This document shows positions 1 to 11,633 of a DNA stretch of 64,000 bases, in pieces. The position numbers and the translations under genes are program-made. Numbering within the stretch: position 1 is the stretch's first letter; every line of letters starts with the position of its first letter. The notes under the pieces were generated by a model, which made no database searches, had not been told where the DNA came from, and saw only the letters and a list, made by a program, of their open reading frames with translations. This DNA comes from Ramazzottius varieornatus (taxonomy: Eukaryota > Animalia > Tardigrada): NCBI GenBank assembly GCA_001949185.1, contig BDGG01000015.1, positions 873,036 to 937,035 on the forward strand, in the 5' to 3' direction.

Positions 1-21
1 AGGCTGGACAGATGACCGACT

Positions 22-603
22 TTATGTTCCAGTCCTTCTGCTTGGTAATGCCAGACGACGAAGCATGATAGTGTGGCTTGAGGAGGGTGTGCTGGGAAGT
101 TCGTTTTCCGTGTTTCTTGGTCCTTTGGTGACGCTCAAGATCCGACTCGAATACGGTCTGCTTCGTCCCGAGGGTGATCACGTTCTTGTTGCATGGATGA
201 CATACAACGTGCTGTTTTTTCGGCGAGAAGTCGAAGTGGCGAAACTCAGGCTGCTGCAGCAGTCGTTCGGGGGACAAAGATGACCGCTTTCTGGTCCGCT
301 TGGTGGACTTCTGGGTCTACGAAGCACTAAACTTGAAATCAGCTTTAATTTCGCTTATCAGTCCGAGTAAGAATTTCACACCTGATCTTGCACCGGCGGA
401 ACTGTCTCCGGGCAATTATTCTTCAAATTTGGAGGGAGTCCTATCTGCAACCATGTCACATAATTATACCATACACCGTAAAAACGTTAACGGCTTACAG
501 GTTCTTGGCATCGATGGTGTATGTTCTGACCACACTGTGAGCACTGGATAACGTGGTTTCCGTTCTCATCAATCTTGACAAGGATTGTCATACGATACTC
601 CAT
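22..603 (-). CDS. Spliced zinc-finger ORF, probably the N-terminal part of a hAT transposase (possibly truncated or pseudogenised)
   Basis: Three phase-0-compatible exons give ...IQCSQCGQNIHHRCQEP|IGLPPNLKNNCPETVPPVQDQ|TQKST...VVCHPCNKNVITLGTKQTVFESDLERHQRTKKH... (C-x2-C...H-x5-H finger). It lies downstream of a hAT terminus (1249-1393) and a TATAAAA at 1222-1228 on the minus strand. Confidence 0.5.
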
Positions 604-1248
604 TTTTTGTAACATAACACGGGTCAAATATATCAGTTGCTCTCTGCTATCCAAACTAACCAAGTAATTTTTGATTCTGGTTTTCCTCTTCCTCTGCGCA
701 AAAAAATAAGGCAAAGATACCTCTGAAAACAATTTCTTCAGTCAATCGACCAGTCAGTATATCGATCATTCTACAAACAAAGAACGCGTTTTAATCATCT
801 TATTAGCCTCAAATTATGTTGAGTCATAACGATCAAGAAGTGCTGATTCATATTCCATTAATTTGAATTTTGATTAGCTGGATGTACTTTTTTTCTTGTA
901 ATTTTTACTTTCTTTTATTTTTTTGCGCAGAGGTTTGCCCCTTTTTTAAGGTACGGCCGGGGCGCACCATGAAAGGAGAGCGGCCGTACCACTTCGGATG
1001 CCCTTGTGGACATTCATCAGCTATACGCCACTTCCGCACATGGATTGCCCTTTCTGCCGCCCGTCCGCGTGCCCATAATTGGACGAAGTCCAGAAAACTA
1101 AGGCATGGCCTGGCAGTCATAATGGCTGACCAGAGCCCCACGCAACTTACGGGGATGCTTCCGTTGATGTGGTGCCTGTGAGACTAAACAACATCAAATT
1201 ATTTTTGCATCTCGTGCCGGCTTTTATAGGCCAGCTGACACCGTCTAT

Positions 1249-1393
1249 GGGGTATTTCCCACTTACCCCATGGCAGCCATCTGGCACGCACGTACAGCCA
1301 GCTGGCTACGAGTGCAGGCTATGTCGTAGCTGCGACCAATCGCTCCGTTATGCTCCGCCCACACTAGTCAACTGAAAATTTCCAGCAACTCTA
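1249..1393 (-). mobile_element. hAT transposon 5' end (TIR TAGAGTTGCTGGAAATTTTCA)
   Basis: About 145 bp nearly identical to 17369-17514, the end of the hAT element that carries a dimerisation domain. No partner TIR is seen in the window to the left. Confidence 0.75.
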
Positions 1394-3487
1394 CTTCGAC
1401 AACGTGGGGCACGAACATTTGGAAAAGACCGTCAGTTCCCTCGCCATCCCACGGAATCTTTGCAGGGTGATCGGGGCGATGTACAGCGGGCTGACAGCAA
1501 GGGTAGAAGTCGGAGACTCGGAGGGGAGGTGACTGAGGCGGTGCCGGTTAGGAGGGGCGTTCTCCAGGGGGATCCCCTATCACTCCTGTTCTTTAACTTG
1601 TCGATTAATTGTCTTCTGGACCAGCTTAATAGTTTTGAGCTGAAGAATGCCTTAGGATTTAACGTCAACAACGTCTTAGCTGTGTCTAGTGCTGGCAACG
1701 ATACGGTATACCGATATCGTATCGAAATATATCGAATCTTTGCGATAAAATATGCGGCAGATGTCGTATTGAAAATATTGATATGAAGCTAATATCGAGC
1801 AACGCAATAAAATATTCGGCGATCTCGTATCGCGCCATATCGATATATCATCGATATATCATTATTTCGCTGAATGGCAAACTCACCAGTGATATCTCGT
1901 TTACGGAACACCATGGTTGATTTCGAACACTGGATTTTGGCCATGGTGTGCCGAGCACACTCCGCCCATTCGGTTCTGGTACTAATTCTGTCCAGGTTTC
2001 CATGTGTTTGAAGTCTTGGTGTAGTCACGTCCTTGCTGTATCCGACGCTTTCGATCTTACTAGTACTTAATGTGGAAATCTGCTTCTTGTGTTTTGGGCT
2101 TGAACCAGTGGAATTCCGAAAAAGTGAAATTCCAGAAATATCAATATATCGCTGCGATATGATACGATATATCGAAAATACGGTAACGGAAAAATATCGT
2201 ATCGAAATATCGATATCGAATGAATATCGAAGTCCGCAATAAAATGTCCGTCGATGATGTATCGATAAATATAGTATCGAAATTTATCTTTTCTTTTGCC
2301 AGTGCTAGCTGTGTCTGCTTTTGCTTTTGCAGATGACCTGGTGATCGTGGGGAAGAACAGGACGGCGCTGGCATTACTGGTGAGGATGACGATTGACGGG
2401 TTGGACAGCATTGGGTTCATGGTGAACGCAAAGTCAACAGTTATGGATATCTACAAAAGCGGTGAGCAGGTTGTGGATCTCCGCGAGTGGGACATCGGTG
2501 GGGGTGTGACAATGCCTGCTCTAACGAAGGAAGTGACGGTGGTCCACCTGGGAGTAAAGTACAGTCGACCTGGGGTTTGACTTGAAGCGAGAACTGGAGA
2601 AGTTTGGAGGAAAGCTGCAGAAACTGCTCTGCCACCCGTTTCTGCATGCTGATCAGAAGTTCGCCTTGGTGAAGCAGTACTTGTGGTCGACCATAATTTA
2701 CGACTTGCAGATGGCGCCACTATGATCTAACATCGTCAAGGATATGGCGACCATGGACGACGTCATGAAGTTGTTCGCCTTCAGTTGCCTTTGTCTTCTT
2801 TCCAGCGCGCCTAGAGTCTGCCTCTTCGCATCACGAGCCAGTGGAGGTCCGCCATACCAAAGCCCACGGAAGAGTATGTCATTCAACAGATCAACTCCGC
2901 CGGCCTGCTGAATAACTCCACCGACGAGTACGAAAACGAGTTCCGGAAGCCAAGTCAAGAAATCGAGCGAATGGTGGCCAGTCTGGATACCAAGGTGAAT
3001 GTGACGGAGAGGGATATGTTCAAGCCTCGAGTGTTGGGTGTGAAGTTACGTACCGAGAATCCTAAGCCTGAGCTTTCGACACGACGAGGGGGTGAAAGTC
3101 ATCGCGAGAGATTCACGGAAGGAAGACAAGTGGGAAGTGACAATTCAAGAAAACGGCAGAAGGGCTGAAGCCAGACCTGATCGTGAGAACGAAACACAAG
3201 ACGAAGGCATGGATCCTACGATCCGGATGGAAACCACGGCTGATGATATTTGAATCCACAACGAAGAGAAGGGAAGGAAGTATAGCAGAACAGGCGACGG
3301 ATTAAGGGCAGAAGGCTTTCAAGAGGTTTTTGCTCACGGTCTGTGGTTTGGCGCACGTGGTGTGATTTCGAAGGTTGGCTTATCGTTGTTACTTTCTCTT
3401 GGTATCAATCAATCGACTGTAGAAGAGATTGTGTGTTTGCTTTTGAATTTGTCTCATTCCATGTACAGAATGGTCATGAAGTCTTAA
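1394..3487 (+). mobile_element. Degenerate RLE-clade non-LTR retrotransposon (R2/NeSL/Utopia-like), RT plus restriction-like endonuclease
   Basis: RT motifs RGVLQGDPLS, AFADD and HLGVKY. RLE motifs KPDLIV, DPTIRME, EK..KY and GLWFGARG, with the ORF ending at TAA 3485-3487. Stops, frameshifts and a MITE insertion are present. Confidence 0.85.
1687..2307. mobile_element. hAT-type MITE inserted in the RT domain
   Basis: TIRs TAGTGCTGGCAA / TTGCCAGTGCTA, a perfect 8-bp TSD GCTGTGTC (1679-1686, 2308-2315) and ATATCG-rich subterminal repeats. Removing it restores NNVLAVS|AFAFADD. Confidence 0.9.
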
Positions 3488-3499
3488 ATGTTCTTGCTA

Positions 3500-4118
3500 C
3501 CGAGTCGAACGGCTACTACCTACACGGCGGCGGTTCCTTTACAATAAAGGTCTGTTCTTCGAATGGTTTAGTACCTGCCGAACTAATGCAAAAAAGGCGA
3601 GAAAAACAGCAACAAAATGGTCGAAGGAAAACTTGATTTCATTGGACGGAAACGGAATCTACCCTGTGGTCAAGTAGTGCCCACGTTGCGGAAACGGAAC
3701 TCGAAGCGACTGTTGACGTCAAGCGTCTTGTGTATAGCTATGCAAAAAGGCAGTCCGCGAGCAGAAAAGAGCAACTCGTCACCGCGAGGGCAGGAGTTTA
3801 TGTTGCGCAGGCCAAATCGAATGTAATGTGCAAGCACTCGTTCAACGAGCACGACGGCATGCACATGCAATCTGTCAGCTGTTCATGCAATGGGACCTGG
3901 TATAGCAGGCCGGTTTGTGTTCATGCTTCAGCCTGACCTCGTGCGTTTCCGCGAGGGCAGGAGTTTATGTTGCGCAGGCCAAATCGAATGTAATGTGCAA
4001 GCACTCGTTCAACGAGCACGACGGCATGCACATGCAATCTGTCAGCTGTTCATGCAATGGGACCTGGTATAGCAGGCCGGTTTGTGTTCATGCTTCAGCC
4101 TGACCTCGTGCGTTTCCG
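3500..4118 (+). pseudogene. Sushi/CCP-like domain remnant
   Basis: Fragments GYYLHGGGSFTIKVCSSNG and VMCKHSF...SVSCSCNGTWYSRPVC resemble the CCP consensus. No intact gene model could be built. Confidence 0.4.
3782..4115. repeat. Exact 167-bp tandem duplication
   Basis: 3782-3948 appears identical to 3949-4115. Confidence 0.95.
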
Positions 4119-4648
4119 AGCAAGTTCAGAAACCGTTTCTTGCAAGACACAATCTTGTCTTGTTTGTACAGCCGAAGATAAACCAATTCTTCAGGATTAT
4201 TTCAATGTATGTCTGAGTTGACCTGAAACCTAAAAGCTGAGATATGGCGCAGCCAAAGTACGCCAGAATGGCCGAGCCGGGAGCGAGTTTGGTTCAATCA
4301 GGCAATCAATGTTGGCGAAACACGCCAGAACGGTAAATTCAAAAGCGCTTGTTTGTGCTATACGGCCTGCCCTTGCCCAGGAAGGAAGGAGGGAATTTTA
4401 TTAGCCTCGAAAATTCAGTCGACGACCTCCCCGGTGTTAAAAGGATCAAAGTCTGCTCAGCACGATGATGGAAAAAGTTACAGTGACCAAAACAGAGTCA
4501 CCCGGTTGATCAGAAACGAGTATCGTTATAAAGATCAATCATTCAGGTTCAAGACAACAAAAAGATCCGTTTGGAGTGCCTGCGAGAGAGACTAAAGGAG
4601 AATTTATAACACACAGCGAGAAAATTTGGTTAGTCGTTCGGTTCACTG

Positions 4649-5107
4649 TTATAGACCGAACTTCCAAGGAGTGATGCTGATGTTGGACGACCAGTTCTCG
4701 GCTTTCAGGACAAGTTCCACATCGTCAGCGAAGACTCCGATGTGACCGACCGTGGAAGACTTAGTGTCGACAGGGCTAACAGGAACTATCCGGACGAAGC
4801 GAGGCTTCACTCCGATGCCTTGCAGGTAATCTTTCAGTTGTTCAGCGGTTACGTGTCTCGGGACACCCCGAATGGCGAAGTCACGACCCGGCGGCCCCTT
4901 GGCTCGCAGCGGGTTGGCTGTTATACTTTCTTCATCAGCTTTCTTCGTACCTCTTACAACAACGCGGGTTGCCTTTCGCCGGACAGCAGGGTTCTCGGAT
5001 GGTTGGGATCTCCGCGCAGCAACGGCAGCAAAGGTTGCAGGCATCCTTCCGGGACCGACTACGTCATACGGCCGACTGGCGGTTGTACAGCGTTCGCCCC
5101 TGTTCAT
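4649..5107 (-). CDS. Solo LINE ORF1-like (RRM-fold) protein
   Basis: VVRGT...FAIRGVPRHVTAEQLKDYL...LKAENWSSNISITPW resembles the C-terminus of CR1/L2-type ORF1 proteins. No ORF2 follows. Confidence 0.55.
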   Translation of the reverse strand: MNRGERCTTASRPYDVVGPGRMPATFAAVAARRSQPSENPAVRRKATRVVVRGTKKADEESITANPLRAKGPPGRDFAIRGVPRHVTAEQLKDYLQGIGVKPRFVRIVPVSPVDTKSSTVGHIGVFADDVELVLKAENWSSNISITPWKFGL

Positions 5108-5693
5108 GACGTCATGTCGCTGGCTAATCGTGTCCAGGCGGTGAAGCCGGTATAGTGCGCTGCGGTACTGCCTTTACGTACAGTATAGCTATAGAGTCTT
5201 ATAAACCTATTCTCATAAAGCATTGATGTACGTCATTTTGAGCCGTTTTGTTCCGATACAATGTATTCTAAAGCATAATGCAGAATTCAATTCCGATATG
5301 GCCCGCTGTAGCCATAGACTTAACATGGACGACCGGATTCGAATTAGTTCCGCTGTCGTATCGGAACAATACTGATTTTGAGCTAAGGACTGCGTAAACC
5401 ATCACAGCGTTCAAGTTCTGCGCGGCGCGTCTTAAGCCACGTAGTTAATGACGTCATGCGCAACACGAGGTGAAACACCGATCAGAAGCGCCCACGGGTC
5501 CGGTGTACCATATTCCTGTATTAGCAGGGCAGATGGTTCGCGGTGGTGTCGAGCTGGCTCAGAACTGTTCGAGGCGAGAATTTGATTTGCGAAGATGCAA
5601 ATGAGCATTCTCGCCCGTTTCCTTCTCCTCCGTATCTGTAGGTAAGTCCTGGCATTACCGGCTCTTCCTGGACGCATCTGCCACTCCCGGAGA

Positions 5694-7554
5694 ATGTTTC
5701 GAGCGTTGCAGAGGACATCGGGGCTCGTCGGCAAGAGTTTCTCCTTCCAGGCTCGGGAATTAGCCAGCCAGGTACGGAAGTGTCTGCACGCCTACAGCGC
5801 GTCTCTTCCAGATGGATTACTCACATTGATTCATTTGTTTGTTGTTCTCTTCCCTATGACTGACTGATCGCCTTTAATATGACCTGTGTCGATAGCCGTC
5901 TCTAAGTCTTGACCTTGTTCTTCCAGGCTGCGCAGGCTGCAACAGAGAATGGACCGAGAACGGTGACGCTGATCCCGGGCGACGGCATCGGCCCGGAGAT
6001 ATCTGCTTCCGTCCAGGAGATCTTCCGGGCCGCGGGAGTGCCCATCCAGTGGGAGGTGGTCGATGTCACTCCCGTCAAAGGTCCCGATGGCAAGATTGGC
6101 ATCCCTCAAGCTGCGATCGACAGTGTGGTCAAACATAAGATCGGGCTGAAAGGACCGCTGGCGACGCCAGTGGGGAAGGGACATCGTTCCCTCAACTTGG
6201 CCATCCGAAAGTAGGGTGCATTTGTTGTCCTCTCGGAAACGCATGTCAAAGAATCTCTTCTTTGCAGAGCTTTCGATTTGTACGCAAACGTACGTCCTTG
6301 CCGGTCCCTTGAAGGCTTCAAGACAGCTTACGATGATGTGGACGTCGTGACTATCCGGGAAAATACGGAAGGAGAATATAGTGGTATCGAGCACGTCGTA
6401 GGTTTCTCTCTCCTTCTTGACGTGCAACCGACTTCTGGAGCTTCTTCCATAATGTATTCTTTGAATTGCAGATTGTAGATGGAGTGGTGCAGAGTATCAA
6501 GCTGATTACGTTTGAAGCGTCAAGGAGAATTGCCGAATTTGCTTTCGAGTATGCCAAGGCCAATGGAAGATCGAGAGTAACTGCCGTCCACAAAGCCAAC
6601 ATTATGTACGTAAAAAAGCCATTAAGATGTCTCCTTTATGCTTTCCTTACTCGAACCGGACGAGGAACGTCTTGGCTTATTAGGAAAAGGATCTAACCCG
6701 CCGTTTTGTATTGCAGGAGAATGTCTGACGGTCTCTTCTTGAAATGTTGTCGCGATGTAGCCGAACTGCACCCGGAAATCAAATTCAATGAAATGTATCT
6801 GGATACCGTCTGTCTTAACGTAAGTCATCGAGACCGTGGTATTTCTTTCTTTTTCCTCATGAAATTGACCATTGCTGCTTCAGATGGTACAAGACCCACA
6901 CAAGTTCGATGTGCTTTGTATGCCTAACTTATATGGTGATATTCTGAGGTGAGGAGTAAGGACCGGAAATGGCAAATCGATTTTTGCTTAGTTTACACAA
7001 CGTGATGAATCTATCCTTTTGTCAAGGTTCTTGACGCTCGACAGTCAAGTAATGATTTGGCCTTTTACAGTGATTTGTGCGCTGGCCTGGTTGGAGGCTT
7101 GGGTGTGACACCCAGTGGTAACATTGGCTTTGGTGGAGCTGCCGTCTTCGAGTCTGTCCACGGAACGGCACCTGACATTGCTGGCCAAGACAAAGCCAAC
7201 CCTACCGCTCTTCTCCTCAGCTCAGTCATGATGCTGAGACATCTCAACATGAGAAATTTCGCTGACCGAATCGAACAAGCCTGTTATGACACAATCCGCG
7301 AAGGAAAGGTACGAACGGATCCTCGACGAGAACGTCTCCCCAAATGGGGCACGCTGTCAGCCAGTGACACTGCAAACGTGCGCCACTTGGGGAAAATCAT
7401 TCTTTCCGTGATCAAACTTTTAGTAACTTTTTCACCTGTTGTTGTTTTCTCTCTCTAGCACTTAACTGGGGATCTGGGAGGAAAGGCCAAGTGTTCCGAG
7501 TTTACTCAAGATATATGCGAGAAGGTCCAAAGAATATCGGACAAGCAGAAGTAA
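5694..7554 (+). CDS. IDH3A: Isocitrate dehydrogenase [NAD] subunit alpha, mitochondrial (multi-exon)
   Basis: Presequence [11 protein letters not shown]..., motifs [43 protein letters not shown] and LTGDLGG. GT-AG introns; stop at 7552-7554. Confidence 0.95.
7316..7400. repeat. Family A palindromic module (single unit) in the last IDH3A intron
   Basis: ATGGGGCAC-N25-GTGCGCCAC flanked by CCCCAA / TTGGGG. Confidence 0.8.
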
Positions 7555-7972
7555 ATTGCCTCTTTTCAACTTGCGCGGCTAAGTTTCGCCCCTCTCTTCT
7601 ATTAAAACTTTGTTCAATGATGAGGGATCGTATGTTTGGCGAGTTGGTGTTTTTGGTCTCTTTTATTTGCGGCTCTCGGTGTACCGTGTATTGTGGCAGA
7701 TTTACTGTGCAAGAGACGAAGTACAGCGCATTATCTTTGTCCATGTCGTAATTTATTCTCCTGTATTTTCCTGATACCGAGTTTGATCAACTTTATATGG
7801 AAGGGGTATCATTTCCCTAGACCTCTAACACTCGTCAATAAAATCGACACTGATTACGGTATAGGTTCTTGCGCACGTGAAAATCATCGCTCGTGAGGAG
7901 AAGAACGAAGCAACGAGAAAATTAGTTCACCGTGTAATCACACAGTCATGTTGCTCCTGACCGAGAACCTTT

Positions 7973-9737
7973 TCATTCCTCGTCTGACCCTTTGCATCGC
8001 TTGGCCGAAGGGTCCTGGCGATCTCCGGTAGAAGGCCTCTTCTTTGCGGCGGACTTCTGTGTCGGTTCCTTCACTTTATCCAGGATCGCTGGGTCTTGCC
8101 CGTCCAGCTCCATCTTTTGCTTCACAGCAGCCACCGGAACTCCCTGACAAATAAAATAAAATATCTATCACGACGAACACTCTTGTTATTTCTCAGAGAA
8201 GCATTCTTAATTATTCTTGTTATGAACTACAGTAAACCGATTTCATACTTACCGCGTTGACCATTTTTCGATATTTGACAAAGGAAGAGGGAGGCGTCGG
8301 GTCGATGTCATCAGGGTTCAGAGCCTCCAGTTGCATCTTTTGCTTGACAGCCTCCATCGGGATACCCTGCCGGACAATATTCAGTTAATGGCAGACTTGA
8401 TGCATATCACCGAGATTAGTTGCTGTAATATGCTAGCTACCACATCAAGCATCTTGGTGAACTTCCGGTAATGTTCATGAGTTTTGTGGCCCAGACCACG
8501 AGGGCTTCCTTGCAGCTTCATCTTTTGCTCGACAGCTTTTTGCGGAACGCCCTGTTGACACCTTCAGTTTATACCGAAATCCTTTTTGTTCGCTCTAAAT
8601 TAAAAACTGATATCGGTGGGTTGTCATACCACGCTAAGCATTTTCAGATATCCACGGAGAGCTCGATCGTCACGGTTCAAAGAACCCTTGGGCGTGGCCA
8701 GGAGCCGGAAATTAATTCCGTCCACTTTCATGACTTGCAAGACCGCTTCGACGGGGACACCCTGAAACAAAAACAGCGCGGTTATAGTCGGCATTCCCGG
8801 AGGAATGTTGCAGAATGGGAGGCCGGCAAACGAGCTGTACAAGAGCTCGTTGAGTCAGGTGGCGCACAGCTCGACCGTTTTAGGCTGGAAACGTGCGCCA
8901 CTTGAGATGGCACATTTCCAGCGTCGGCCTCCCGAGTAAAAGTTGACTCGTCAGGGTCTCTCCGACTTACCACATCGAACATCTTGAGATATTTCTTTGC
9001 GGATACAGGTTTCTTCGGTGGTTGTTGATAAGGAGCACTGGGCGCGTAAAGGATTTCCGGGTCGACTCCTTGCACCCTCATTTTTTGCTTGACAGCCTCC
9101 ATCGGGATGCCCTAGTGGGAAAGAGGGTGACCGATGTCTGGGTTACTCGGTTAGAAGGTTGACAGATTTGTTCAATTACCACTTGCAGCATCTTGAAGTA
9201 TTTCCCCAAGGCAATATCGTTGCGGACTGGGACATGTGGAATTCGAACATCGGGTTTCACTTCATCCAGCATGTGGGAATTTAGTCCCTGGACGCTCATC
9301 CGCTGCTTGACAGCTTCCTTCGGAACACCCTGAACATCGCAGATGACTTCATGTAACAGGAAGACTTCTGAAGTATCTTAGTCCTGGTTAAAGCCTGCTT
9401 ACCACTTGAAGCATCTTCATGAACTTTGCGCAGGTTTGCTCAGCTCCGACATTGCGTACTTCAGCCATTGTCCCGCTTCCTGCTTCTGTCGCTGAAAGGG
9501 AAAGGCAAACGGTAGCAACCAAACTTCCCACAGTACTGAGGACGAGAAAAAATATACTGTGGTTAGCTAAACAAGTCAACTCTGTGTAACTGGCCCCGCA
9601 CTGAGAGTTAAAGCGTGCTTTCCGTGCAGCTATGTTGTATACACGAGGCAAACTGGCAAACACTACTCACCCACCAGCTTATCAAGCTGGCTCCGGTTTA
9701 TGCCGTCGACCAACCCTGCCAAGACCTTGCGGGTCAT
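7973..9737 (-). CDS. Protein of six tandem WASHC3/CCDC53 C-terminal modules (8 coding exons)
   Basis: ATG at 9737 is preceded by an in-frame stop. Repeats KFMKMLQV|GVPKEAVKQRM, KYFKMLQV|GIPMEAVKQKM, KYLKMFDV|GVPVEAVLQVM, GYLKMLSV|GVPQKAVEQKM, KFTKMLDV|GIPMEAVKQKM and KYRKMVNA|GVPVAAVKQKM. The spliced frame is open to TGA at 7973-7975. Confidence 0.8.
8816..8922. repeat. Family A palindromic module, intronic
   Basis: GTGGCGCAC at 8859 and GTGCGCCAC at 8893 (25-bp spacer). Confidence 0.8.
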
Positions 9738-10153
9738 AGTTCGCTCTTTTAGCGTCCCTCAGCTTTACTGCCTCACGTAAGCCACAGCGTTTCCTAGACA
9801 AGAACAAGCTGACACCACAGAGTCAGTGACCACACTGCGGTAGTCATCAAGGGAACAGTAAGTTTACCGCATGATCGATATTAAAGTCTCTACAGAAATA
9901 GAAATGTTTACATCGAGGACCGCCGACTGACGTCAGTACCAGCATGTACATTGAATCTCAGGAACTCAAACGATAAAATGCAGCCATAAGCAATTGAAAG
10001 ACTCTTAGTCACAACTTTAAAGTTCGTCCTTAGTAACGATCACAAACTCTTCTCAGACAGATGATCATTGTTTGAAAGTCGCTTTAAAAAAGTGCATTTC
10101 GAGGACTCAAAATATTACCATGCATATGGCTCAGGCAGTTATCCATAGTTCAG

Positions 10154-11203
10154 CTAGTCATCATCGGAGCTCTGAGCGCTGCTTTCGCTGTCGAAGCCGC
10201 GCTTCTTGGCAGAAGACGGTATCGATGGGTTTGCCTGAGAGGGCGCGTTGGGTGTGTCCAGCAGGTCAGGGTTCAAACCTTCGGATTTCATCTTGAGCTT
10301 GACAGCCTGCAGTGGCACACCCTACAATAATCACCAAAGAAGATCAAGTAAAATACCAATTTCAGATGGGCACCTTTCGGGTTGATACCAAAAATCCCAC
10401 TCAGTAAACTCACCACATTGAGCATTCTGAAGTATTTCGAGTACACTGGATCATGTTGGACCGTGAGCATCGTCGGTGTGGTAGACTTTGCCGCATCATC
10501 CGCCGCAGACGTTGCAGGCTCGCCCTTCGGAGGAACGTCGCGCGAAGCAGGTGTGGGTGCTGAAGAAAGTGCTGGCTGAGGCTGGTGAGCCATAGGTGTC
10601 GCACCTGAACCCTGCGAAAAAGACGACACACATTTGTATGACGGTATACTCTGCTCAAAACGCAAACAAAAACAAGTAAGTAAAACCAGATCGTTTCCCA
10701 AGTGACGCACGCTTCCAGCCGATAACAATGATAACATGCGCCACTTGGAGTAACGACCTGATACAGAGGCGACCTACTGGAGGAAGAGGCTTGTCCGCTG
10801 TCGTTGTCGTCTGCGACGCCTCCGACTTCACCGCCGCGTCAGGAACAGTCTTTGGCGCGAAACCATCGAGCCCAGGAATAGAGGACAGTTTGCCTTCGAG
10901 GATGGCCAGCTCAGTTTCCAGGCGAGTTACGGAGGTGGAGATGTGGTAGAGCTTCTCTTCCGCCGCTGCGCTGAAACGATTCATATGCTGCACCATAACC
11001 AAAGCTGCTTGGTTCACGTAGGCGATGGTGTTATCCACTGGGATTGCTGGTATCTGTGGAACAGAAGGTATGGCTAATAGCCTGTTAGGGCGTCAGACCA
11101 CAGTATACTATGGTCCAAGAACAACTACACTAGAAGATGATACCTGACTGAGTGCAGCAGGATCATTCAGGATGTCCGAGTCCGAATCGTCCATCGCAAC
11201 CAT
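10154..11203 (-). CDS. WASHC3: WASH complex subunit 3 (CCDC53)
   Basis: IPAIPVDNTIAYVNQ...MNRFSAAAEEKL...LAILEGKLSSIPGLD coiled coil and C-terminal DPVYSKYFRMLNV|GVPLQAVKLKMKSEGLNPDLL. TAG at 10154-10156. Confidence 0.9.
10684..10762. repeat. Family A palindromic module in WASHC3 intron
   Basis: CCAGATCGTTTCCCAAGTGACGCAC-N25-ATGCGCCACTTGG. Confidence 0.85.
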
Positions 11204-11633
11204 CCTGGAGAAAACTGACCAACGGAACGGCGTTCTATGCAGGAACTCCCGCTGTAATAGGGCGCAGAAGGTTCTGTTGGATTCAGGAATTAGGACGTCT
11301 AGGGCAGGGCAGCAGGCAAACTTGTGTTGGCCCAATCATCAGGGTGTCAAATCAATCGACACGTACACAGAGAGCAGTTACCGCACGGCTCGCCAGCATA
11401 ACAATGCCCAACAATCAATCCCTGTGACGTACTTCCGGCTTGACCACCGAAGCAGCGAAGCTGGATTCAGACCTTATCTCGGTGCTTACGGACTCATTAT
11501 TTGCTGTTTTGAATCTTTAAAGAAGAGTATGGACTAGTATCAAGTTGCAGCACCCTTTATATACGTGCGCGCCGATCGTTTTCGTTCGGACCGAATGGGA
11601 AGGTATAAAGATCGACAATTGTCGTTTTGATGT

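Noticed and set aside
5831-6427. Long antisense ORFs over IDH3A, and similarly 24021-24668, 30038-30691 and 61002-61565
   Set aside because: Shadow or off-frame ORFs overlapping well-supported exons, with no recognisable motifs.
7309-7458. Introner-like elements (family A creating introns)
   Set aside because: The elements sit inside introns with unrelated flanking intron sequence and do not supply the splice sites; one copy is intergenic.
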